In this document: piece after piece, positions 31,483 to 42,437 of the stretch
Layout of the letters: each line of letters starts with the position of its first letter
Numbering within the stretch: position 1 is the first letter of the stretch
Assembly: GCA_963668675.2 (NCBI GenBank)
Contig: CAXXMB010000001.1
Span: 1,088,001-1,152,000, forward strand
Source of the DNA: an uncultured Desulfatitalea sp.
Lineage (GTDB): Bacteria; Desulfobacterota; Desulfobacteria; Desulfobacterales; Desulfosarcinaceae
Length of the DNA stretch: 64,000 bases
Reading direction: 5' to 3'
Position numbers and translations under genes: made by a program
The notes under the pieces: generated by a model
Databases searched by the model: none
The model's input: the letters and a program-made list of their open reading frames with translations, nothing else
What the model was told of the DNA's origin: nothing

Positions 31483-32877
31483 CTATGGTTTGTAGACCTT
31501 CATTCCCTGAGCGGCGTCCTGAACCACGTATCCTTTGGACTGAATTTCGTCGCGCAACTGGTCTGAGAGGTCCCACTGTTTCTCTTCTCGTGCACGTTGG
31601 CGGGCATCTACAAGTGCCTGGACGTCATCCGGCAACGCCTGATGAGCGGCAGACTTTTCGAGATCAAGCCCCAATACGCGATCGAAATCAAATACAGTGG
31701 CCAGTTTGACTTCCGGAGAAAGTTCCGATTTGAGCAAATCTTGAACCACGGCCAGCGCCCGGGGCATATTGAGGTCGTTATTCAGTGCCTCAAGAAATCT
31801 GGACCGATAGGCAGCATCGACTTCTGATGCCTTGGCATCATGCCGGAGGGTACGGACCTGGTTTCGTAGATGCTGCAACCCGTTTTGGGCCGCCTCGATG
31901 GCCTCGGAACTAAACTCCATTGGTTTGCGATAGTGGGTCTGGAACGCTGCAAAACGGTAGGCCAGGGGATCCAGATCGTTCTTGCGCAGCGTTGCGTCCA
32001 AGGTGAGAAAATTACCTTCGCTTTTGGCCATCTTCTTCCCGCCGGCAATGATTAAAAAGGCCCCGTGCATCCAGTATCGGAAAAACGGTTTTCCCGTTGC
32101 GGCCTCCGACTGGGCAATCTCATTGGTGTGATGCACATCGATATGATCCGTTCCGCCACAGTGGATATCGAGCATCTTACCCAAATACTTCATGCTCATG
32201 GCTGAGCACTCGATATGCCAGCCGGGAAATCCGACCCCCCATGGTGAATCCCACTCCATTTGCCGCTGGGCCTCCTTGGGAGAGTATTTCCACAACGCAA
32301 AATCAGTGGCATTGCGCTTTTCCGGATTGCGTTCGACCCTGGCCCCCTCCTTGAGGGCATCCAGATCCTGATGGGAGAGTTTGGTGTAGTTCTCGAATTT
32401 CGACGTGTCGAAGTAGATGCCGTCGCTGGTTCGGTAGGTATACCCCTTCTCTTCCAATGTGCGGATCAGTTTGATCTGATCTTCGATCGTATCGGTGGCT
32501 TTGCACCAGAGCGTGGGCGGTAGAATATTGAGCTTCTCGATATCTTTTTTGAACGCCTCAGTGTAGTATTCGGCGATCTCCCAGGCGCTTTTTCCCTCCC
32601 GGCGGGCGCCACTTTCCAGTTTGTCTTCTCCCATATCGCGATCACCGGTCAGATGGCCGACATCGGTGATGTTCATCACGTGTTTGACTCTAAATCCGTT
32701 GTAGGTCAGCACGCGCTTGAGTATATCCGAAAATATATAGGTCCGCAGATTGCCGATATGGGCGTAGTTGTAGACGGTGGGACCGCAGGTATAGAGGCCA
32801 ACCTTGGGTGGTAGAACAGGTGTGAACACCTCTTTTTGACGGGTCAAGGTATTATATAGCTTAAGGTCCATATGCAC
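31483..32877 (-). CDS. cysS: Cysteine--tRNA ligase
   Basis: [32 protein letters not shown]. Confidence 0.97.
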   Translation of the reverse strand: MHMDLKLYNTLTRQKEVFTPVLPPKVGLYTCGPTVYNYAHIGNLRTYIFSDILKRVLTYNGFRVKHVMNITDVGHLTGDRDMGEDKLESGARREGKSAWEIAEYYTEAFKKDIEKLNILPPTLWCKATDTIEDQIKLIRTLEEKGYTYRTSDGIYFDTSKFENYTKLSHQDLDALKEGARVERNPEKRNATDFALWKYSPKEAQRQMEWDSPWGVGFPGWHIECSAMSMKYLGKMLDIHCGGTDHIDVHHTNEIAQSEAATGKPFFRYWMHGAFLIIAGGKKMAKSEGNFLTLDATLRKNDLDPLAYRFAAFQTHYRKPMEFSSEAIEAAQNGLQHLRNQVRTLRHDAKASEVDAAYRSRFLEALNNDLNMPRALAVVQDLLKSELSPEVKLATVFDFDRVLGLDLEKSAAHQALPDDVQALVDARQRAREEKQWDLSDQLRDEIQSKGYVVQDAAQGMKVYKP

Positions 32878-33176
32878 TCGCGTTCGTTTGTTGATTTGGC
32901 GTTGAATTTGTCATTAAAACACGATCTCTCAGCGCCCGTTTTATGCCTCAAGGCCCGGGTGATTGTCAAACATTACCATTTTGATGCGACACCATTAAGC
33001 GCAGAGCTCTATTGCCTGTTTTGAACAGGGACTAACATAATATCCATCTCCTGTATGTCGACCAACGAGGCGTGGCCGGCGGCACCGCCCTGCCTGTCGG
33101 CAATTTAAAGCCATATATGGACGACACCGGGACGATGACTTATATTGCTGAAAAATCCAATTGCATGGAGGTGGAA

Positions 33177-33449
33177 ATGCGCGCATTTTTAGTACATGAC
33201 GAGAAAAAAGAGATCGATCTGATTGTCGTTCCGGAGCAGGAGTGGCTGGTTGACGTGAATCGCGACGTAATGAATGATTTTATTTCGGTCAATCCTGATT
33301 TCACAAAATGGACAGGGAGGGCACTGAAAGGTTTGACACCCGAATCTTTCGGCCAGATCATTGCCACCCGCGAGGAGAAGGGCGATGTCTGCATCGTCGA
33401 GGCCTCCTTATGGCACCAGCGAATGGCATTTCACTTGGGCAACCCGTAG
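33177..33449 (+). CDS. Small hypothetical protein
   Basis: GGAGG SD before MRAFLV; 90 aa in an otherwise empty gap. Confidence 0.6.
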   Translation: MRAFLVHDEKKEIDLIVVPEQEWLVDVNRDVMNDFISVNPDFTKWTGRALKGLTPESFGQIIATREEKGDVCIVEASLWHQRMAFHLGNP

Positions 33450-33487
33450 CTGGGTCAGATAGACTAAGGTTCGCCCCCATGACATGT

Positions 33488-34015
33488 TCAGTCATCTCTC
33501 TGCTGGCGGGAGCCGTGCATGAATCTATAGTGGAGCACCAAGACACCCGGTTCGAGTTCCCGGTGCCCGATCAGTTCGAGCGTTTCATCCATCGGCTCCT
33601 TAAACAGGGACAATCCCTGGCCGAACACCATGGGTAGAACCGTGACCACCATCTCATCAATCAATTGCTCGTTGGCGAACAGGGAACTGATGGTGGCCCC
33701 TCCTGTGAGAGAGGCTTTGCTGTACCCCTTCGCAGAGAGCTTTTCCAGGATGGTTCGAGGGGGGTCGGAAGTAAACAGCAGGTTCTCCTTGCCTTCATAG
33801 CGATCCGGCTTCCGGGTCATGACCACGTTCAAGCGGTTGGGCAATGGCCTTCCGATGGTGGCGTAAGTGCGCGACCCCATTATGATTACACCGCTCTCTG
33901 TTGTCAGCGCTTTGAACATGCGCTTGTCTTCTTTTCCGGTCCAGTCGGGGAAATGGTTGGGGTGACGGGCGATCATGCCATCAACGGTCATTGCCATTAT
34001 CATTGTTACCTTCAT
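33488..34015 (-). CDS. Dihydrofolate reductase family protein
   Basis: MAMTVDGMI, IMGSRTY..IGRPLPNRLNVV, GGA. Confidence 0.85.
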   Translation of the reverse strand: MKVTMIMAMTVDGMIARHPNHFPDWTGKEDKRMFKALTTESGVIIMGSRTYATIGRPLPNRLNVVMTRKPDRYEGKENLLFTSDPPRTILEKLSAKGYSKASLTGGATISSLFANEQLIDEMVVTVLPMVFGQGLSLFKEPMDETLELIGHRELEPGVLVLHYRFMHGSRQQRDD

Positions 34016-34148
34016 CGTATTAACTACCCTTCTGTCACTGTTGCTTTATCGCTGGAATAGTCTCTCCTTTTCAAAAAGGGTAGATGGAGGGGTCGTTTTT
34101 GTCAAACATCTCTATCGTCCCCTTGCGCCCCTCCTATTCAAAGGGTGA

Positions 34149-35126
34149 TCAGGGCATCAGCAAAGATGATCCCATCGTATTTCTGGACGCCAGCGCGCGA
34201 TGGGCATCGGCGGCCTCTTTGAGTGGAAAATGCTGGTTGATCTCGACGCGAACCGCACCCTCGGTCACGACCTTAAACAGATCCGAAGCGTGTGCCAGCA
34301 GGTCCTCCCGCTTGGCTGTGTAAGTCATCAGCGATGGTCGCGTCAAAAACAGCGACCCATGAGCGGCCAGCACTCCTGGATCGAACGGTGCCACCGGCCC
34401 TGACGCCTGACCGAATGAGACCATCGTCCCCATCGGTTTCAAACAGGCAAGGGAACGCAAAAAGGTGGCCTGACCGACCGAGTCGTAGACCACATTGACA
34501 CCCTCACCGGAGGTAATCGCCTTCACCTTTTCGACGAAGTCCTCCTTCTGGTAAAGAATCGGGTATTTGCATCCACGGGCGGCCGCATAGGCCGCTTTCT
34601 CCTCACTGCCCACGGTGCCGATGACGGTGGCCCCCAGATGATGCGCCCATTGGCAGGCAAGACTGCCTACGCCTCCCGCCGCTGCATGGATCAGCAATAC
34701 ATCCCCCTGTTTCACAGGGTAACATCCAAAAAGGAGATAGCGGGCCGTCATTCCCTTCAACATCATGGCCGCGGCCATGGACGTATCAATAGCATCGGGG
34801 AGTTTAACCAATCGGTGTGCTGCTATGACACGTTGTTCGGCATAGGCGCCTGGCGGCACCCCGGCATAGGCCACACGATCGCCGACATCCAGCCCCTCCA
34901 CCTCCGGCCCAATCTCCTCGACGACACCTGCCCCCTCCATCCCGATAGTGGCCGGCAATTGCGCAAGCGGATAAAGCCCGCTGCGATGATAGACATCGAT
35001 ATAGTTGAGGCCGATGGCTTCATGACGCACCCTGACCTCCCCCTTTTCAGGCACTCCCGGATCATACTCCTCCAACCGCAGCACCTCGGGACCTCCGGTT
35101 TCGTGAATGCGAATCGCGATACTCAT
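34149..35126 (-). CDS. qor: NADPH:quinone oxidoreductase (zeta-crystallin/MDR family)
   Basis: GGPEVL, AIGLNYID, HAAAGGVG, YDSVG, GSLFLTRP. Confidence 0.9.
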   Translation of the reverse strand: MSIAIRIHETGGPEVLRLEEYDPGVPEKGEVRVRHEAIGLNYIDVYHRSGLYPLAQLPATIGMEGAGVVEEIGPEVEGLDVGDRVAYAGVPPGAYAEQRVIAAHRLVKLPDAIDTSMAAAMMLKGMTARYLLFGCYPVKQGDVLLIHAAAGGVGSLACQWAHHLGATVIGTVGSEEKAAYAAARGCKYPILYQKEDFVEKVKAITSGEGVNVVYDSVGQATFLRSLACLKPMGTMVSFGQASGPVAPFDPGVLAAHGSLFLTRPSLMTYTAKREDLLAHASDLFKVVTEGAVRVEINQHFPLKEAADAHRALASRNTMGSSLLMP

Positions 35127-35377
35127 ACGTCACCTCCAAGCTGTTTTTTATACGCCTATTAAATTTAGCTAAACACTGTAATAAATCGGTTGCATGGCCG
35201 TCTAAAATTGATACTTAACTTTCCGCGCCATGAAACCGATAATAAGACTGACCTGGGCTGAGAAAAGGCAAGAGCGCATTTTTACCGCTATGGTCAAGCA
35301 ACCTGTTTCAGCGGACCGGTGCTCTCGCCTGCTTGGCCGGCCAATTTCACCGGCCATTTGAAGAAACGAGGAAATTT

Positions 35378-36427
35378 ATGCAAATTGTCTGCAAAGAATG
35401 TAGCAAATCATACACACTGCCGGACGAACGTCTGCCCCATGGTAAAGTCGTCTCCTTTCCATGCCCCTCCTGCAAGTCGAAGATCGTACTGGACCTGCGC
35501 GACGACGTCGAAGAGGACTCCGCGGATGGCGACCGACTCGTCTTCAAGCCACTTGCCGATGAGTCAGAGTCGCAATTGACCAGTGATGATATCAAGAAAA
35601 AAATCATAAAGCGCATCAACGATCTTCCGCCGATGCCCAAAGTGCTGTTCAAGGCAAGGAAAGTATTGTCGGACCCCAATTCGAGCTTCAAGGACATCTC
35701 ACAGATCATCGAGACGGATCAGGCGATTGCCGCAAAGATTCTGAAGGTCGCCAACTCCGCCTATTATGGACTTAGCGGAATGGTGAGTTCGATCCACCAG
35801 GCCTCAGTGGTGCTGGGATATCAAACCCTCGAGCAGGTGATTACCATGGTCTCCTCCACTTCCCTTCTGGGAAAACAACTGAAAGGCTATGGCTTGAATG
35901 CCGGAGGGTTGTGGAAACACAGTCTGGCCACGGCACTGGCTTCGAGGCTCATTGCACTCAAGCGGGCGCCGAGCCTGGAAAACGATGCCTTCTCCGTGGG
36001 CCTGATCCACGACGCCGGCAAATTGGCCCTGGATCCCCATATTGCCAAGAATAGAAAAGAGATCGATCAATATTTGCGCGACGGATCGACCTCTTTTTTA
36101 ATGGCTGAGCGTCATGTGATGGGATTCGACCATACCGAGATCGCCCAGGACCTTTGCCAAAAGTGGAAATTGCCGGAAAACCATGCAGCGGCCATGCGCT
36201 ATCATCACTCGCCCGAAGAGTCGGATGACAACCAGTTGGCCCATATTGTCCACCTGGCCAATCACATCGCCTGCCTCGCCGGGCTTGGCGGTGGCCCTGG
36301 GTTTGATGACCTGCCGGTCTCCCCAGCCAGCCTGGCGTTTTTGGCCCTGAAAGAGTCCGCACTTGAGGAGTTGGCAACCGAGGTTTCAGGCTCGGTTGAA
36401 GAGATCACCGCCACCCTTATCGGGTGA
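35378..36427 (+). CDS. Zinc-ribbon + HDOD domain signalling protein
   Basis: CKEC...CPSC ribbon; LPPMP, ANSAYYG, WKHS, LIHDAGK, GFDH, W.LP, HH.P. Confidence 0.88.
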   Translation: MQIVCKECSKSYTLPDERLPHGKVVSFPCPSCKSKIVLDLRDDVEEDSADGDRLVFKPLADESESQLTSDDIKKKIIKRINDLPPMPKVLFKARKVLSDPNSSFKDISQIIETDQAIAAKILKVANSAYYGLSGMVSSIHQASVVLGYQTLEQVITMVSSTSLLGKQLKGYGLNAGGLWKHSLATALASRLIALKRAPSLENDAFSVGLIHDAGKLALDPHIAKNRKEIDQYLRDGSTSFLMAERHVMGFDHTEIAQDLCQKWKLPENHAAAMRYHHSPEESDDNQLAHIVHLANHIACLAGLGGGPGFDDLPVSPASLAFLALKESALEELATEVSGSVEEITATLIG

Positions 36428-36591
36428 ATTCCGCACCCTGCCATAGGCATCTTGAAACGACAGATTAGCAAGGGGCGCACAAATGCGACCACTGGTTCGC
36501 CATCCAGCCCCTTGCTTCTTACTCCGGTTTTTGAGATGATCTTCGCGCACTGAAACATGGCCTCACACCTCGTGAGCAAACTGAAAGGAGT

Positions 36592-37011
36592 ATGCTGATG
36601 GCCACCTCAAACGATATGCTAACCACCCAGCAATTCGCTGAAAAAGCATCCGTTTCCGCCTCCACGGTATCCAAATGGCTGCGCGAAGGAAAAATCGAAG
36701 GCGTAAAACAGGGCCGAAAATGGATGATTTCGGTCGAGCAACTGTCAAAGATGACCGCAACGGGAAAACCGGCGAGCAAAACCCAACCCGCCGCCAAGGC
36801 ATCGGCCGCAGCCCCGGCAACTCGTTCGGCAGGCGAGAATGGCAAGGGCTACTCGATCGATCAGTTCAGCGAGATGACCTATCTGACACCATTCGGGGTG
36901 GAGCGCTATCTGAAGGAGGGACGTCTGACAGGCTCGAGAGATAGTTCGGGCGCATGGATCATCGATGCAGACAATCTGGACAGAGGGGATATCAAGCACT
37001 TGGTTCGGTAG
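36592..37011 (+). CDS. Tandem excisionase/MerR-like helix-turn-helix DNA-binding protein
   Basis: Two HTH units (LTTQQFAEK...WLREGKIEG...W.I and YSIDQFSEM...YLKEGRLTG...W.I) joined by an Ala/Lys/Pro linker. Confidence 0.75.
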   Translation: MLMATSNDMLTTQQFAEKASVSASTVSKWLREGKIEGVKQGRKWMISVEQLSKMTATGKPASKTQPAAKASAAAPATRSAGENGKGYSIDQFSEMTYLTPFGVERYLKEGRLTGSRDSSGAWIIDADNLDRGDIKHLVR

Positions 37012-37179
37012 CCGGGTTTCCGGGTCCTCCTGACGACCTGTATGCTCTCCCGCTGCTTAGCGAATCTATTTCCGGTAAACCCAACCATCGTCCACGCATG
37101 ATAAAAACATGCCCGCCCCAGTTCAACGGGGGCGGGCCAAACGATTCGGATCAGGGCGGACCAAGTTCCCTGGGAGGGG

Positions 37180-38229
37180 TCACTCGATAATGCCTTTATA
37201 GAGGAAATAGCCATAGGCAATGGCGCAAAGTAGCCCTATAAATCTGGGCAGGCGCCCCCAGATGGCAATCAAGATCAGGTGCATCAAGCCGGCTGAGATA
37301 ATGATGACCACGCCCAGGTGAAAATAGCTTGGAATGGTAATCGGCGCGAAGAGGGCAAAGAGGCCGATGCACATGGGGATACAGATATGGCCATCGCCGA
37401 TCTGGGAGCTAAAGACAATGTCGGCGCGCTTGATGCGTGCATAGTAGAGTGCCAAAAGTGCATTGGGCAGTACCATCAGCAAACCGGTGAGCCACCCCAG
37501 GTTCTGGAATACGAGCAAACCGGTTCCGCTGCGGGGAATCCATGCCACCAACCCCTCTATGGCCTGGTAGACGCCCAACCCGCCAATGATCACCAGACAG
37601 ATGTCCCAAATGATCGACCACTTTAACGACTGCCCCCGGTAGATATTGTGCTTGAGCACATCAAAAACATGGAAAATTTGCCAGAAGAGAAAAACTCCGA
37701 CCAACACAAGACCGTCTCCGAAATCGAGACGGCCGTCTCTTGCCAGGGCCCACAACACTCCCGTAAAAAAAAGCAGCGCCAGCAGGGTTAACAGCAACGA
37801 GAGATAGTTGAGCCGGTGGGACTTCGATGCAATCTTTTCGAATCCCGATTTGCGCTTATCGGGAAAAAGGGTCAGCGGCCACAACAGGGCCGGCAAGCCG
37901 ATCAGCAGGGTCAGGTTGGTGACATTGTTGACCAGGCAGTTTTCTAAAACCAATGTCCCGTTGCCTCCCGAACGCCCCATGACGTAGGCGAATGCGAGAT
38001 TGGAGAAACCGGAGGCATAGGGCATGATCACTGTGCCGAGAACAGTACCTTCGAGACCTTTTCTCTCCAGCACGCCGAGGCGCCAGATCATGAGAAAAGA
38101 GGCGATGGCGAACAAGATGAGGGAAAACCCGGGTTCAAATCCGGAAAGCGCTGCTGTGGCCGCGTTCCATTTGGGACCGATCTGCTGCCACAGTTCAGAG
38201 AAGGTTTCGAAGGAAATGGATAGCTGCAT
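37180..38229 (-). CDS. Polytopic membrane protein, sodium:calcium exchanger-like
   Basis: About 10 hydrophobic segments; family assignment by recollection only. Confidence 0.6.
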   Translation of the reverse strand: MQLSISFETFSELWQQIGPKWNAATAALSGFEPGFSLILFAIASFLMIWRLGVLERKGLEGTVLGTVIMPYASGFSNLAFAYVMGRSGGNGTLVLENCLVNNVTNLTLLIGLPALLWPLTLFPDKRKSGFEKIASKSHRLNYLSLLLTLLALLFFTGVLWALARDGRLDFGDGLVLVGVFLFWQIFHVFDVLKHNIYRGQSLKWSIIWDICLVIIGGLGVYQAIEGLVAWIPRSGTGLLVFQNLGWLTGLLMVLPNALLALYYARIKRADIVFSSQIGDGHICIPMCIGLFALFAPITIPSYFHLGVVIIISAGLMHLILIAIWGRLPRFIGLLCAIAYGYFLYKGIIE

Positions 38230-38243
38230 TGGTCTCCCGGATT

Positions 38244-38657
38244 CTAAACAGACGTAACCAATGCCTGCCAGTGTTGTTTCAAACCACGATAGGCCTGAAC
38301 AAGCTTCTCCAGTTCATCCACATCCTTGCGCGCCACATCCAGATTTTCAGCATAGGTGTAGACACGTTGACGTTCGGGCAGAGAAAAGTTGCGGTCCAGG
38401 GAGGCCAACATGATGGCATCCTTGAGAATCATCAAAGCGGTCAGCCGAGACACTTTTTTCCGGCCTAATTTATAGTCTTTGCCGGTTGTTTGCAGAACAT
38501 CCTCGTAGTCGATCCCCAGCGCGTTCGCTTTGCCTCGAATGTAGGCATACTCAGGAGGTCCGTTTTCTCTATCTGATTTGGCGATCGCGATGAGCATGCG
38601 AATATAGGTTTGAACATCGAAATCAGGAGTTTGGGCATTTACGAAATCAATATCCAT
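38244..38657 (-). CDS. TerB-like domain protein
   Basis: Duplicated IAKSD...E and LASLD.NFS..ER pattern typical of the TerB fold. Confidence 0.65.
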   Translation of the reverse strand: MDIDFVNAQTPDFDVQTYIRMLIAIAKSDRENGPPEYAYIRGKANALGIDYEDVLQTTGKDYKLGRKKVSRLTALMILKDAIMLASLDRNFSLPERQRVYTYAENLDVARKDVDELEKLVQAYRGLKQHWQALVTSV

Positions 38658-38849
38658 TGTTTGCTATCCTTGATGCGATTTATGGTTTTTCTGCCTAATG
38701 GTGAACAGTATGCCATAGCCTGGAGATAAATTCAAAGATTCGCGCAGTCCGACTCGTTCAACTAAGTTATCGGCCGAAATATTAAGAAATTTAATCTTCC
38801 AGCCGATATATCTTTTGACCCGTTGATGGAAACGGATTTTTGAAATGAG

Positions 38850-39431
38850 ATGCGTAGGAAACGTATGAATCACCTTAAGCCGGCACTTCTTGTATTGATC
38901 GGTATCTGCATCATGACCTGGCTCATGGGCCGCGGATCAACGCCTCACTTGCGCCACGGCTTGCCATTTCTCTTCTCGACCCTATTCTGGATATCCGGTG
39001 CCCTTAGCATGGTTCTCGCAGCGATGGTCATTTTCGGCAGAAAACAGAGCGTCACGGACCAGGAGAGGCCTTCGATACAATCCAGGTCTTTGAATCGCCG
39101 GCAATCCTTCCGAATCGAATATCCGACTGAGCTGAGGCCCACTCTCATTATTGAAGCATCCGATGTTAAGCTTGAACACCAGGTTGAGCTGCCGGTGATC
39201 GATCTTTCGGAAGACGGCATTCGCTTTGTGGATGACGGCCAGCTTATGGGGGCGAACGAAGTGGCTGGCCAGCTTCGTTTCAATAGTGGCGAGACCGTAC
39301 CGATTGCCGGTACGGTTGTGAGGCGAACAGATCAGCACATATGCTTATGCCTCCAGCATGGCCTGACATGGGCGACCCTGCTGGAAGAGCAGAGAGTTCT
39401 CATCAGGCGCCTGAATGAATCCGCGGAATAA
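38850..39431 (+). CDS. Membrane-anchored PilZ domain (c-di-GMP receptor) protein
   Basis: Two TM helices, then RRQSFR (RxxxR) and DLSEDG (DxSxxG). Confidence 0.85.
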   Translation: MRRKRMNHLKPALLVLIGICIMTWLMGRGSTPHLRHGLPFLFSTLFWISGALSMVLAAMVIFGRKQSVTDQERPSIQSRSLNRRQSFRIEYPTELRPTLIIEASDVKLEHQVELPVIDLSEDGIRFVDDGQLMGANEVAGQLRFNSGETVPIAGTVVRRTDQHICLCLQHGLTWATLLEEQRVLIRRLNESAE

Positions 39432-39643
39432 ATTCCCATCCCGCCGCCAGAATCGAGCCTAACCGATTGAGCCTTTTTCGGTGCCACGGCGCCTCGCACC
39501 AATCTAAAAGTTTAGCATTTTGCAAATTTCATTTTGCATAATGCCTCAAAAACAAGACCTTACTCGAGCGACCGCAAATTTGGCTAAAATTATAACCATT
39601 TGTTATATTTACATTATTTGTTTTTTTTAGAATCTTTTTAAAA

Positions 39644-39660
39644 TGGCACAAATAATGCTT
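39644..39660 (+). promoter_or_regulatory. Putative sigma54 (-24/-12) promoter
   Basis: TGGCAC-AAATA-ATGC: GG at 39645-46 and GC at 39657-58 (N10), preceded by a very AT-rich tract. Confidence 0.5.
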
Positions 39661-39706
39661 ACTTATAAAATGAAGCCTAACTTTTTCATCATCTTCCTCT
39701 CTTGCA

Positions 39707-39735
39707 AGCAGGGTGGCGCTCAGCGCCACCCTGCT
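39707..39735. terminator. Perfect GC-rich hairpin between convergent genes
   Basis: AGCAGGGTGGCGC-TCA-GCGCCACCCTGCT, 13-bp stem. Confidence 0.55.
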
Positions 39736-39754
39736 GCCCCTCTAAGAACCAAAA

Positions 39755-40240
39755 TTATAAAACCTGAGTTCCGTACTCATCCTGAAACGTCAATATCTCT
39801 TTAAGCTTATCGATATGGGAACGCTCCTCCTCTATGATTTTTTCAAGCTGTTGCCTGGCCTCATCATCATCGAGAAAGCCGGATAGCATCTCATAGAAAA
39901 GAATGGTGTCCTTCTCAAATTCGATGGACTGATGAATTACGTCCTGAGGATGTTCGGCGGCCGCCATTTCCCCCTTGTTCAAGGAAAACGTTTCCGGTGC
40001 CATCATCTCCTGCAACAGATCACGCCCCATCTTGGCGATCTGTAGATCCGTTTCAGTAAGTGGTTTTGCCACCTCCACCTGTTCAAACCAACAGGCGTGT
40101 CTCGCTTCGTCTTCTGCCAGTATCTCAAGCAGCTTTACCACCTCAGGCACCCGGCTCTTTTGAGCAGCCTCCCGGTAAGCAATTTCTCCGTTACGCTCAA
40201 TCTGAATTGCGATATCGCATATATCAGCCAAGGTGAACAT
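39755..40240 (-). CDS. Ferritin-like/rubrerythrin family protein
   Basis: AIQIE...Y, EDEARH, EFEKD...FY, EEERSH di-iron motifs. Confidence 0.85.
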   Translation of the reverse strand: MFTLADICDIAIQIERNGEIAYREAAQKSRVPEVVKLLEILAEDEARHACWFEQVEVAKPLTETDLQIAKMGRDLLQEMMAPETFSLNKGEMAAAEHPQDVIHQSIEFEKDTILFYEMLSGFLDDDEARQQLEKIIEEERSHIDKLKEILTFQDEYGTQVL

Positions 40241-40701
40241 GATTCCTTCCCTTTCTCAAGCGGTTCGATCGCATGAATTAAAGTCTATTCGCAGAAAGCG
40301 GATACCGAATCCACGGCTTCCCCATTTTTGTATCATCAAAACAGCGCAGCATTCAATCCCGATGATCGGCCTCCTGAAGCGTTGCCCCAATCGCTTTTTT
40401 CCAGATTTGAATTAAAACATATTGAGCGGTTGTTCCATTAAAGGTATAAAGGCGCCAGCTCGGCTACCACTAACGAGCAGAACCAATGCATTGCTAAATT
40501 GCTTACCATTCACTGTGGCTACCCCATTCTGAGATGCCTTGATCTGATCGGCGCAATGCACCATATTGACACTGAATCGATATACTTGGATAATGCAGGT
40601 TGAGATGAATATGGGGAAGGTGCTGCTGATAAGACAACCGACAAGACAACCCGTAGTAACACGCCTCAACCACCCTTAAGGGAACTCATCGAACACAGGG
40701 A

Positions 40702-42405
40702 ATGAAAACTGCCATGGCTGAACAATCAATAAAAGGGCTGGAGGCGTATCTCATCCCTTTCCCGGCGGAATCATTTTCCAAGCCGGTCCCTATCAAGCTG
40801 GGAAAGACCACTATTGGGCGGGAGCCGAGCAACACGATCCAGATTGCCCATGAGTCGATTTCAGAAAAACACTCATTGATTTCGTTCCGCGATGGACAGT
40901 ATCTGCTGACGGATCTCAATACCAACGGTGGTACCCTGATCAACGGCAAAAGGATCGAAACGGCCCACCTTCAACACCACGACAAAATCTCTTTTGGCAG
41001 CCGAACATTTCTCTTTCTTACAAAATCCCAGCCGCTTTACAGCAGCGCCTATCAATCTCGATTGTCGTCCAAAAATACGACCGTCACCATTAGCGAAGAC
41101 GATGTAGACCCTTCGGAACTGTTGGCCCAAAGAGCCCAGGATGCAGCCCTGGCCATTTTTTCGCAAGGCGAGAGTGAAGCCGAACGGGCATCGGATGAAC
41201 GCCTGTCTGCCCACCAGCGGCTTGCACTATTGTATCAACTCAGTGAAAAACTGCGCTCGACCAACGAGTTGGACGAGATCCTGGACAAGGGCCTTGAGTT
41301 GATTCTAAAAGCGATCGGCGCAGCCGAACGGGCGATGGTACTGCTGGGCTCCAACCCCAGAGAGGAGCTACAGGTCAGTGCAGTGAAGTATCGAAGTCCT
41401 GAGGATGCCGATGCTTTTCCCATCAGCAGGACCATTTCAGACTGGGTCCTGTCCGAAAAAATGGTCCTGGTCAGCCAGGATCTCTCGGAGGACTGCCGAT
41501 TTCAGGACTCCGAATCGATACGGATCCACAACCTGAACTCTATCCTTGTGGTGCCGCTCATCAAAGAGGACAATGTGATCGGCATGCTCTATATCGATGG
41601 ACGCAACATCCTGGAAGCGTTCGACCAGCAGGATGTCGCCTTTGCAGCCGCGGTGGCAAACGAGCTGGCGCTGTGCATTGAAAATGTGAGACTGCAGTAT
41701 GAATTGATTCAGAACGAACGTATGGCGGCAATCGGATTGACGATGTCCAACCTTGCCCACAATATCAAAAACCTGCTCGCCTTGAACCAGAACGCAGTGG
41801 ATCTGCTCAAGCTCCAGCTTAAGGGGCTCAAGAATGAAAAGATCGATAAGAGCTGGGGATATATCCAGCAGAGTTTCACCAGGATTCACAACCTTACCGT
41901 GAATATGCTGGCATTTGCCAAAGATCAGGATATCGTCCTGCGCCCGTCATCCGTCAACAGCATCATCCTGGCCAACCGTGATGCCATCGAGCACAGTCTG
42001 CGTAGCAAAGGCATCCAACTGGAGTTGGATCTTGATCCGGATATCCCCAAATGGATGATGGACGCCAACCAATTCCAGCGGGTCCTGCTCAACCTGGTGG
42101 TCAACGCCATCGATGCGGTGAAGGGTGTGTCGGAAGGCACGATTACCATTTCCACCACAGTGGATAAGGAGAGGGGCCTGACAGTGAGCATCGCAGACAA
42201 TGGATGTGGCATCACAGAGGATCGTCAGGACCAGATCTTTGAACTCTTCTATACCACTAAAGGATCGGGGGGAAGCGGGCTGGGACTGCCCATGGTCAAA
42301 AAATTCATCGAGAAAATGGGTGGCACCCTCACCCTGGTGTCGGAGCCCGATGCGGGCGCCACTTTCACCATGTCATTTCCACCGAACCTCTGCCGAACAG
42401 AGTGA
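40702..42405 (+). CDS. FHA-GAF-histidine kinase
   Basis: FHA IGR...ISEKH...NGGTLING; GAF; H-box LAHNIKN; NAIDA, DNGCG, GSGLGL. Confidence 0.88.
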   Translation: MKTAMAEQSIKGLEAYLIPFPAESFSKPVPIKLGKTTIGREPSNTIQIAHESISEKHSLISFRDGQYLLTDLNTNGGTLINGKRIETAHLQHHDKISFGSRTFLFLTKSQPLYSSAYQSRLSSKNTTVTISEDDVDPSELLAQRAQDAALAIFSQGESEAERASDERLSAHQRLALLYQLSEKLRSTNELDEILDKGLELILKAIGAAERAMVLLGSNPREELQVSAVKYRSPEDADAFPISRTISDWVLSEKMVLVSQDLSEDCRFQDSESIRIHNLNSILVVPLIKEDNVIGMLYIDGRNILEAFDQQDVAFAAAVANELALCIENVRLQYELIQNERMAAIGLTMSNLAHNIKNLLALNQNAVDLLKLQLKGLKNEKIDKSWGYIQQSFTRIHNLTVNMLAFAKDQDIVLRPSSVNSIILANRDAIEHSLRSKGIQLELDLDPDIPKWMMDANQFQRVLLNLVVNAIDAVKGVSEGTITISTTVDKERGLTVSIADNGCGITEDRQDQIFELFYTTKGSGGSGLGLPMVKKFIEKMGGTLTLVSEPDAGATFTMSFPPNLCRTE

Positions 42406-42437
42406 CGTCCACTTCCATAACCCACCGGGATAGAACG

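Noticed and set aside
33544..33570. GGTTCGAG T-loop-like sequence suggesting a tRNA
   Set aside because: Lies inside the DHFR-family CDS and forms no cloverleaf.
36592..37011. Prophage or ICE remnant implied by the excisionase-like gene
   Set aside because: No integrase, att repeats or phage genes nearby.
40631..40651. Direct repeat AAGACAACC x2 upstream of the FHA kinase
   Set aside because: Too short to assign as a binding site without conservation data.
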